DNA from: a virus | Direction: 5' to 3' (one strand) | Length of the DNA stretch: 18,809 nucleotides | IMG/VR virus record: IMGVR_UViG_3300045988_153303 | Shown here: piece by piece, positions 4,302 to 11,061 of the stretch | Position numbering within the stretch: position 1 is the stretch's first letter | How the letters are laid out: the number at the start of each line of letters is the position of its first letter | The notes under the pieces: model-generated | Told to the model about the DNA's origin: nothing | Seen by the model: the letters and a program-made list of their open reading frames with translations, nothing else | Database searches by the model: none | Translations under genes and position numbers: made by a program

Positions 4302-5768
4302 TCATGCGAGGGTCGTCGTGAAGCTCAGATAGATTTCGGTATTGTCCGAGATGGCGGTCGTGGTGCCGATGGCACAGGCGCGAATGTCAGGCTGATAGCT
4401 GAGATAGAACAGCTTGTTGAGGCTGTTCGGGATGTAATAGTTCGTCATCTTGCGTGCCGCCGCCGGCACTTGAAAGAAATTTGAGTACGCGGTGGTGTTG
4501 TTCACCGTCTTGCCTTGAATGTGGCAGGTGACGGTATTGCCATCCACTCGGAAGAACGAATTGGTCAACACGCCGTGCGCATCCTGACCCGCTACGAAAC
4601 CATCCCACGAATTACGGACGGTAGCGCCGTCCATCGCCTCGCAGATCAGTCTCAACAGCAGTTCGTTTCCGGCATCATTGGGGTGCACGTCATCGCCACT
4701 GCTCCAATCCTTGTTGCCGTTAAGCCATTCCCAAGCATAGGGCAACACTTCAACATGTCGCATGCCGCATGCCGTGATAATGCGGTCACGAGCCGTCAGC
4801 ACACCACCATCATAGAGGGATGGTGGCGTGAAACCGCAGATGGTCGGAATGACCTGAATTCTGGCGTGGGGGAAGTTGGCCCGGGCGTAATCCAGCAGCG
4901 CGAGTACGGCGGTGGTGAGCTTTGAGTCGGTGATACTGCCGTCCGATACGTGGGTCTTGTCGTTGATCCCACCGGCGATGAGGATGCGTGTCACCGCGTC
5001 CTTGTCCCCGGTATAGCTTTTCAGCTGGGCGAGAAAGGGTGTCGGTCCGTTAAGGTATCCGGCATCGTCCTTGGCGAGATTGGTAACGGTGGCGTCGCGG
5101 TATGCGCCCAATCGGTTCGCCCACGATTCCGACAGGTGGGACGCGCCGGTACCGTACGAAATGCTGTCGCCCAATACGATGATGTTTTCCGTCGCCGACC
5201 CGGATAGGATATTGACGCGCTTGGTCAGGACGTCTACATCCGTTGAAGCCTTATCCCACTTGGTTTTCGCCGCGGCGGCATTGATGGTCGTGCCCGCGCC
5301 CAATGCCGTAAGCAGGTCGAAATTGGAGTCGGCCTTGGCGTTTGCGCCGGACGCGTCGGATATGGCCTTGCTTGCGTCCGTACCGGCCTTGTCCCATCTG
5401 GTCTTCAGCATGGTGGCGTCCTTGGCCGAATCCGCGCCCAAAGCGTCGAGGATCACGGTGTTCGAGTCGGCTTTGCCTGCGGCGGCTGCGGCGGCGGCCA
5501 TCGCTCCGACGGAGTCGGCGGCGGCCTTATCCCACTTGGTCTTGGAGGTGGTGGCGGCATCCACGGTATTGTCGCCCAGCAGTGCCTTGGCCACTTCCTC
5601 GTCGTGGGTCTCGCGTGACTCCACGCCTTCGATGCGACTCAAATGCTTTTCGAGCGCGGCGTCGATGGCGCGCATGGACCCATTGTAGCCGTCCCTCAAG
5701 TCTGCGGGGTCGTTATCGCCATACAGATTAAGTCCGTAATTGTCGGTTTTCGTGTATACGGTTGCCAT
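4302..5768 (-). CDS. Tail fibre/appendage protein with SGNH (GDSL) esterase domain
   Basis: N-terminal fibre docking motif (YGLNLYGDNDPADLRDGYNGSMRAIDAAL), three 46-aa repeats, then SGNH blocks: IIVLGDSISYGTG (block I Ser), GGINDK (block III), DDVHPN (block V Asp/His). A beta-rich tail of about 100 aa ends the protein. Confidence 0.85.
   Translation of the reverse strand: MATVYTKTDNYGLNLYGDNDPADLRDGYNGSMRAIDAALEKHLSRIEGVESRETHDEEVAKALLGDNTVDAATTSKTKWDKAAADSVGAMAAAAAAAGKADSNTVILDALGADSAKDATMLKTRWDKAGTDASKAISDASGANAKADSNFDLLTALGAGTTINAAAAKTKWDKASTDVDVLTKRVNILSGSATENIIVLGDSISYGTGASHLSESWANRLGAYRDATVTNLAKDDAGYLNGPTPFLAQLKSYTGDKDAVTRILIAGGINDKTHVSDGSITDSKLTTAVLALLDYARANFPHARIQVIPTICGFTPPSLYDGGVLTARDRIITACGMRHVEVLPYAWEWLNGNKDWSSGDDVHPNDAGNELLLRLICEAMDGATVRNSWDGFVAGQDAHGVLTNSFFRVDGNTVTCHIQGKTVNNTTAYSNFFQVPAAARKMTNYYIPNSLNKLFYLSYQPDIRACAIGTTTAISDNTEIYLSFTTTLA
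5214..5588 (-). repeat. Three in-frame tandem repeats (46 aa / 138 nt) within the fibre gene
   Basis: ...LG(D/A)x8-9KT(K/R)WDKAxxD... recurs with Trp at residues 79, 125 and 171. At DNA level, cccacttggt / cccatctggt / cccacttggt sit about 138 nt apart on the + strand. Confidence 0.85.
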
Positions 5769-5774
5769 GTTATG

Positions 5775-5960
5775 TCAGTCCTTTTCTCTAATTTCGGTGT
5801 GCAACTGGGTTAAGATCTGGTCTATCATGCGCATGGCGCGGTTGTATCCGTCGCGCATGTCCATCGGTGTCGCGTCATTGTAGAGAGGTAACCCCCAGTG
5901 ACGCGTCACGTCATATGACGTCGTGTCAACCTGCGTGATCTGCGGATCGTCTGCCATCAT
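5775..5960 (-). CDS. 61-aa protein consisting only of the fibre N-terminal docking motif
   Basis: WGLPLYNDATPMDMRDGYNRAMRMIDQIL is paralogous to the N-termini of the 488-aa and 118-aa neighbours. It is tightly packed between them (stop 5775, next start 5768). Confidence 0.55.
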   Translation of the reverse strand: MMADDPQITQVDTTSYDVTRHWGLPLYNDATPMDMRDGYNRAMRMIDQILTQLHTEIREKD

Positions 5961-5963
5961 ACC

Positions 5964-6320
5964 TCACTTTCCGGAAGCGGTGGTGGCAACGAACGGAAGC
6001 CCCTCCGCGGTAACCTTAGTGTCGTTGAGGTTTTTGACCGTGTACTGTCCGCCACCACCGGTTGCCGGAACACGGTTGAGGAAATGATTAAGCGCGGTGC
6101 CGAGCGCTCCGGCGTTCGCGACAGTCAATCCGAGAGCGGTGGTGAATGCACTCAACCCTTCCGGTAGCGATTCCGGTGTCGGAATGGCGTCAATCCTATC
6201 CGACTGCGTTTTCAGCGCCGTGTCAAGGATGTCCATTGAGCGGTTGTACTCGCCTTGCAGGTTCGGCGAATCCGTCGCGTCATACTTTTCGAGATTATAA
6301 TTCGGTGTTTTCTGTGTCAC
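5964..6320 (-). CDS. 118-aa tail-fibre-like protein with the shared N-terminal docking motif
   Basis: GTG start with AGGAG 5 nt upstream. PNYNLEKYDATDSPNLQGEYNRSMDILDTAL matches the docking motif. The short C-terminal part contains a GGGG stretch. Confidence 0.65.
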   Translation of the reverse strand: MTQKTPNYNLEKYDATDSPNLQGEYNRSMDILDTALKTQSDRIDAIPTPESLPEGLSAFTTALGLTVANAGALGTALNHFLNRVPATGGGGQYTVKNLNDTKVTAEGLPFVATTASGK

Positions 6321-6329
6321 TGTCGCTCC

Positions 6330-6929
6330 TTATCGGACGGTTTTTATGAAATTGTCAACCACAACGCCATTGGCGAGATTTTCGACTGATAGCGGACTGG
6401 CTGGTTTACCATCATCCACGTGTACGTCGCGCGGCGTGATGCGTGGCTCGTCGTTATGAAAAATGGTTTTGTTGCCGAGTACCGCGAACTCAAGACACGT
6501 GTGAGCGCCGGCCATTGGAACGCTCAACTGGGCCATCTGGTTTACGCGTGCACCGAACACGGCAAGCTCACGATACATGTCGCGGTTCGTGTTTTTCGAA
6601 TCCTCGTACTTGCCGCGCGTCGGATTGTAAGTCAAGTCCGAGTCTTCGTATTGTCCGACCTGCTTTTCCAAGTCGTCCAGCGTTTTATTAATGCGAATGA
6701 ATTGCTCATTAAAACCGGCGACCAACTGTTTGATGGCTTCGATATCCGCGTTTTCATCCTTGGCGAGATTGTCGAGCTGTTCGCGCAATTGATCAAGATG
6801 TTCCGCCACTTCCTGCACATATCCAAGCACAGTAAGCGTGTCACGGTACGAGAAGGGCTGCACCGTAGTGAAGTACCGCTGCCGTGGATCGATGTCCAAT
6901 GGTGCGGCACATAGGTTAATTCCGTCCAA
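6330..6929 (-). CDS. 199-aa structural protein of unknown role (tail/appendage module), coiled-coil-like centre
   Basis: TTG start supported by a strong AGGAGG 4 nt upstream. Heptad-like acidic helix (EVAEHLDQLREQLDNLAKDENADIEAIKQLV...). It lies between the lower collar and fibre genes. I recognise no motif. Confidence 0.6.
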   Translation of the reverse strand: MDGINLCAAPLDIDPRQRYFTTVQPFSYRDTLTVLGYVQEVAEHLDQLREQLDNLAKDENADIEAIKQLVAGFNEQFIRINKTLDDLEKQVGQYEDSDLTYNPTRGKYEDSKNTNRDMYRELAVFGARVNQMAQLSVPMAGAHTCLEFAVLGNKTIFHNDEPRITPRDVHVDDGKPASPLSVENLANGVVVDNFIKTVR

Positions 6930-6960
6930 TTTTCCTCCTAACGTCTTTATCCATTATACT

Positions 6961-7773
6961 CTAATGGCCGAGATTGTAGGCGAGTGACGTGCTGCAAAGC
7001 TGTGGTACATCGGTCATCATGTCGCCACTGCCCCACACGCCCATGAAGAGATCCTCAAGCGAATTGATGACCATGAGGTCAATATTGAGCATCGTATTAC
7101 GCCAGTCGAGCAGGAGCTGAGATTGCGAGCCGCTCGTGCCGATCGTATGAGACATGCTATTGCCCTTGTCAGATGAATGCGCATAGTCGGTATTGCTTTG
7201 ACTGGTCGCGGTGGCCGTGCTGTCCTGTGACGTGCTGGTATGCGTATTGCCGGTCGAATCGGTCTGCGAGGCGCTGGTGGCGAATTTCCTGAAATCGTCG
7301 ATGCGCGTCTGCGGGAATTCCGAATTGAAGGTCATGGACGAATTGTCCGCCTTGGTGTCGGACGTGCTGTGGGCGGTGGATTCGTTCGACTGCGTGCCGC
7401 TCGACCTGCCGCTGGATTCATTCGTGCTGGTCGAATCCATTTCCTGACGAATGTCGGAAGTGATGAAAGGATCGAATTTGCGCCGGGCGGACAGATAGAG
7501 CTGGTTGAAATAGTCCATCTGTTCGCGCATGGTACGCCCTAAATAGAAGACGAACATTTGCGGCGTTTCCAGACCGATCTCACGCAATGCATAATGGGCC
7601 ACGATCTTTTCATTCAATTTCGCCCGGTATGATTCGTCGAAAATCGGATAATACTGCGGGGACAGGTGCAGTTTTTCATCCGTGTCGAATCCCATTTCGA
7701 TCAGATTGCCCAAGGTCAGCGTATAATCCGCCATACTATCCTTGACCGCATACATGCTCAAATCCTGTACCAT
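6961..7773 (-). CDS. Lower collar protein (phi29 gp11 position)
   Basis: Its ATG overlaps the connector stop by 1 nt (TAATG). It is 270 aa against 293 aa for gp11. The N-terminal region (YYPIFDESYRAKLNEKIVAHYALREIGLETPQMF) resembles lower-collar proteins of small podoviruses as I recall them. A long Ser/Thr-rich insert lies in the middle. Confidence 0.65.
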   Translation of the reverse strand: MVQDLSMYAVKDSMADYTLTLGNLIEMGFDTDEKLHLSPQYYPIFDESYRAKLNEKIVAHYALREIGLETPQMFVFYLGRTMREQMDYFNQLYLSARRKFDPFITSDIRQEMDSTSTNESSGRSSGTQSNESTAHSTSDTKADNSSMTFNSEFPQTRIDDFRKFATSASQTDSTGNTHTSTSQDSTATATSQSNTDYAHSSDKGNSMSHTIGTSGSQSQLLLDWRNTMLNIDLMVINSLEDLFMGVWGSGDMMTDVPQLCSTSLAYNLGH

Positions 7774-8711
7774 TATTCTTCCTCCTTGGTTCCTTCCACA
7801 TCCAATAGCCCGCCGGACGTCGTATCATTCCATTCGACGCCGATCGGCTTGCCCGAATCGGCCATCTGCGGCCACAGGCGATTGATCGTATCGCAAGCTT
7901 GCTGACGTGCTTTCAGATAGCTCAACCGAAAAACGTTCGTACGCGAATTGCCGGCCGTAACCTCGCTTTCCAAAAGCCTCTCCTTCTTTTCCGTCGTGCT
8001 GTTGTCGATGCCGAGATAATTGACCAACTCATTCCACACTTGGGTCTTCGTGGTGATGATCTTATCCGCCAGAAAAGGCGTGACATTCGGGAAGGTCTGG
8101 AAAAGTCCGGTAATATCCGCACTATCATAGGCGTAAATGTATGGATCGCCATCCTCGCGCGCCTTCATCAGATTCTGCGCGGTCAATTTATTGGTCTCCG
8201 ACGTGGCGATGATCAATGGTACGCTGATATTATCCAGATTGACGTCCAAGGCACGGTCCGCGATAGCCAATCGTGTCGCATAATTCCACATCACGTCGAC
8301 CATCGTGCATCTAAGCTGATTATCCCAGATAGGCACGCATTCCTTGCTTCCGATCTGCGGGTGGGAGTATCCGGTGGCGATCGGCTGGAAAAGCGTAGGA
8401 TTGTTATAATTGTTCACGCCGCCGATATTACCGGAAGTGACCATGAAACGGTGCACGCCCTCACGCTTATCCGGGAAAAACAGTGCCAAACCATTCTCGA
8501 AAAGGGTCAATTCAAGGTACCTCTCGTCAATGTATGGGGGGAGATTAACCCATTTGAAGCGTGATACGGCCAGCATTTCGATCAATTTCATGTATTGATT
8601 GATACGCAGGGATTGGCGCATCTCGGGAAGATTGAGATTGCCCCACATACTACCCAACACGGATTGATTGTCCCAATGCGAGGCCTTACGCGCGCTATTA
8701 CGCCTACTCAT
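7773..8711 (-). CDS. Head-tail connector / portal (upper collar, phi29 gp10-like)
   Basis: FKWVNLPPYIDERYLELTLFENG and VWNELVNYLGIDNSTTEKKERLLESEV align with phi29 gp10 [23 protein letters not shown] and [27 protein letters not shown] (from memory). The track ORF starts at GTG 8717. The ATG at 8711 has AGGA 8 nt upstream and is preferred. Confidence 0.9.
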   Translation of the reverse strand: MSRRNSARKASHWDNQSVLGSMWGNLNLPEMRQSLRINQYMKLIEMLAVSRFKWVNLPPYIDERYLELTLFENGLALFFPDKREGVHRFMVTSGNIGGVNNYNNPTLFQPIATGYSHPQIGSKECVPIWDNQLRCTMVDVMWNYATRLAIADRALDVNLDNISVPLIIATSETNKLTAQNLMKAREDGDPYIYAYDSADITGLFQTFPNVTPFLADKIITTKTQVWNELVNYLGIDNSTTEKKERLLESEVTAGNSRTNVFRLSYLKARQQACDTINRLWPQMADSGKPIGVEWNDTTSGGLLDVEGTKEEE

Positions 8712-8756
8712 GATCACCGTCCTAAAATAATGGAGAGAGCTTGTATTACTCCCTCC

Positions 8757-8785
8757 ATTATATGTCAGTATGAAATACCTGCCAG
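8757..8785 (-). promoter_or_regulatory. Possible internal promoter CTGGCA - 17 nt - TATAAT upstream of the connector gene
   Basis: + strand attata at 8757-8762 and tgccag at 8780-8785. It overlaps the end of the tail-knob CDS. No TG extension. Confidence 0.25.
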
Positions 8786-10996
8786 CGGCTCATTGTCCGC
8801 ATAGTCGGTGACGCCGATCCTGTCCGGATCCGTCCACACCGTCACGCCGCTTTCGAAAATGCCTTTGATGGTCAGACGGTATTCCTCCGGACATGTCGAG
8901 CTTTTTAGATATAATTCGTGGACCTTCCAATACGTGAAATTGCTCATGGCCATAAGACCTGCCGGCATGATCATAAAACGTTGAACATAATATCCGTATC
9001 TCAGCCAATACTCGCCGATCGTATGCAAGGCCGCGTCGGAGAGACGACGGAATTTCACGCATACGCCGATGATCCCATTGGCTAGATTGAAAGCATCGCC
9101 CCCTAATGCGCCGGATGTGGTCGGTGGCGCGGTCTGCGTCTGCTGGACCTGTGCATTGATGCCGGCGATCACATTCGCATAGTCGCCTTGCGCGGTGGCC
9201 TGCGCCAGCTGCCGATTCATGTCTGCGAATTGCATGTTCTGCTGATTGCTTAGATTCGTCTGCGCAAGACTGTAGGCATTGGCCTGCGATGTGGTGGCAT
9301 TATTGGTGGCCTGCGCGTTCGCTAGTTGCTGATTCGCACTCGACACGTTATTATCGTAGGTCTGCTGATTCGTCCATGCGCCGATCGCCGCTCCTGCGAC
9401 CGCTCCGGCCGCCCCACCGACATTACCGGTCGCAAGGGAGCCGATGGCACCCACGGCACCGGATCCGATGGTGTTGAGCTGGGCCATCTGATTATTGAAG
9501 CCAAGATTCTTCAACGTCAGGTCGGTAGCCATCTGCGCGGATTGATTATTGATCGCATTCATGGAATTACGATTGGACGTGCCGAGCCGATTCGCTTCGC
9601 TCGCATACTGGGCTCCCAATTGGGCTTGGGCGTAAGCATTATTGATGCCCATCTGTGTTTTCTGATACGACCAGTCTGCCGACTTTTGCGCATATTGGCG
9701 CGTGTACGCGCTGTTCGCGAGAGCGAGGGCCGACCCATTGTTGACGGCCATGAAAGTCGGGAAATTCGTGATGCCGAAAGCCGCGTCCAGCATATCACCC
9801 TTATCGAAAGGCAATCCCATACCATCCGGCAGGGGCGACCATTGGCCCGCGTATTGGGCGGCATAATTCGGTATCCAGAAATTCAGGCGAGGCTGCGGCG
9901 GCGCATACAGCCATGCTTCACGGATCGTCAGATCCTTGCTTGGGATCTGCTCCGGCGAATATTCAATGCTGGTCCCATTCAGGCAGGAGCATTGGACGAC
10001 GGCATAAGGGGCGGTCAGCAGTTTCTTCAAATGCCTGTAACGTTCGGGGATATGGAAATTGTCGCGGAAATCCTTCATTGTCATGATGTCCGAATACCTG
10101 TCTTGGCCATGGACCGTATTCTGATACAGATGGATGATCCTACCTTTCAATCCCGACAGGGTCTTCCCGAACAGTTTTGTCGTATCACCCTGATTGCGCA
10201 GCAAACCTTCCGGCAGGTGCGGCACCGCGTAAATGCCGCAAATACCCTGCGACACCCACGGATATTGCGATCCCAGCGAAAATATCACCTGAAGATCCTC
10301 CGCATGGGTCAGATAGATGAGCTGGGTGCCATTATATTGGTTTTCGAAGATGCTACCACCGGCCGTCGTCGTCTTCGGATTGGTCAGATCGCCCGGATCC
10401 ACGGTGAGATCGGTGGTGGAGGCGATGATCACGCCACAGGCCACGCGACCATTCTCTACCGTGGCGAGCGGCATGTATGCCGTGGTCGCATTGATCAACG
10501 TCTTGCCGGTATCCAATCCTTCAGGCAGGTCGAGAGTCCCACGGCCGTAATCGTCCATCTGACGTTCATTGGCTACGCCGATATGCCCCCTTTCCACATA
10601 GGCGGTACCGAAGGTCACATCATGCTGGAATGATTGCCACACGTCCAACTGAATATTAATCTGCGTGGCATTGGCATTCACATAATCGCAGGATTGGATG
10701 AAATAATACCATGAGCGCGGCGTATCGAAATCATAATCATTCGTGGCGATCAGATAATTGTATTGGCTTGCCTGCGCGAAAGGTATCGGCAGTCGTACGG
10801 GCAGACCATATTTGGCCATGGTACAGTCGGTGAATTCGACGCCCTCCAGCCGATAGAAATACTCCCGTTGAGCCTGCCTATCCCATGTGACGATATCACG
10901 ATAGCCCATATCCCATGGGACATTACATAGCTTGAAGCGGGTATTGGGCGTCCACTTCATGTAACTGAAATTGATTGGCAAATCATTCGCACTCAT
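8765..10996 (-). CDS. Tail knob / distal tube protein (phi29 gp9-like)
   Basis: ORF 8765..11041 trimmed to the ATG at 10994-10996, which has GGAGGA 4 nt upstream. The N-terminal region (YNYLIATNDYDFDTPRSWYYFIQSCDYVNANATQINIQLDVWQSF...YVERGHI) parallels phi29 gp9 ([45 protein letters not shown]...IVREHV, from memory). It lies between the capsid and connector genes, as in phi29. Confidence 0.85.
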   Translation of the reverse strand: MSANDLPINFSYMKWTPNTRFKLCNVPWDMGYRDIVTWDRQAQREYFYRLEGVEFTDCTMAKYGLPVRLPIPFAQASQYNYLIATNDYDFDTPRSWYYFIQSCDYVNANATQINIQLDVWQSFQHDVTFGTAYVERGHIGVANERQMDDYGRGTLDLPEGLDTGKTLINATTAYMPLATVENGRVACGVIIASTTDLTVDPGDLTNPKTTTAGGSIFENQYNGTQLIYLTHAEDLQVIFSLGSQYPWVSQGICGIYAVPHLPEGLLRNQGDTTKLFGKTLSGLKGRIIHLYQNTVHGQDRYSDIMTMKDFRDNFHIPERYRHLKKLLTAPYAVVQCSCLNGTSIEYSPEQIPSKDLTIREAWLYAPPQPRLNFWIPNYAAQYAGQWSPLPDGMGLPFDKGDMLDAAFGITNFPTFMAVNNGSALALANSAYTRQYAQKSADWSYQKTQMGINNAYAQAQLGAQYASEANRLGTSNRNSMNAINNQSAQMATDLTLKNLGFNNQMAQLNTIGSGAVGAIGSLATGNVGGAAGAVAGAAIGAWTNQQTYDNNVSSANQQLANAQATNNATTSQANAYSLAQTNLSNQQNMQFADMNRQLAQATAQGDYANVIAGINAQVQQTQTAPPTTSGALGGDAFNLANGIIGVCVKFRRLSDAALHTIGEYWLRYGYYVQRFMIMPAGLMAMSNFTYWKVHELYLKSSTCPEEYRLTIKGIFESGVTVWTDPDRIGVTDYADNEPLAGISY

Positions 10997-11006
10997 AGGA
11001 TCCTCC

Positions 11007-11038
11007 AAAAAAAATAGGTGCAGTATCACTACTGCACC
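11007..11038 (-). terminator. Rho-independent terminator immediately after the capsid gene
   Basis: ggtgcagta (11017-11025) pairs with tactgcacc (11030-11038) around a 4-nt loop. On the minus-strand RNA it is followed by UAUUUUUUUU (+ strand 11007-11016), which runs straight into the GGAGGA SD of the tail-knob gene. Confidence 0.8.
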
Positions 11039-11061
11039 CATTCTACCCGATTATCGAGAAA

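Noticed and set aside
5480-5505. GCG/GCC-rich run encoding Ala7 in the fibre gene, considered as a slippage-prone phase-variation tract
   Set aside because: The codons are mixed (gcc gcc gcc gca gcc gcc gca on the coding strand), so it is not a perfect microsatellite. A length change would stay in frame only in triplets. There is no evidence for switching.
5071-5731. + strand ORFs of 205 and 129 aa (5071..5688, 5342..5731)
   Set aside because: They are antisense to the SGNH fibre gene. Their Ala/Ser/Arg/Pro-rich translations mirror the Ala-rich repeats of the real frame.
7899-8564. 221-aa + strand ORF
   Set aside because: It is antisense to the connector gene, whose phi29 gp10 similarity is unambiguous. 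No translation signals are present.
9326-10633. 435-aa ORF on the + strand, the longest + strand ORF in the window
   Set aside because: It lies entirely antisense to the well-supported gp9-like tail-knob gene. It is Arg-rich and low in complexity (…RIRHRVNAANTLRHPRILRSQRKYH…) and has no SD or promoter context. This is a typical shadow ORF in GC-rich coding sequence.
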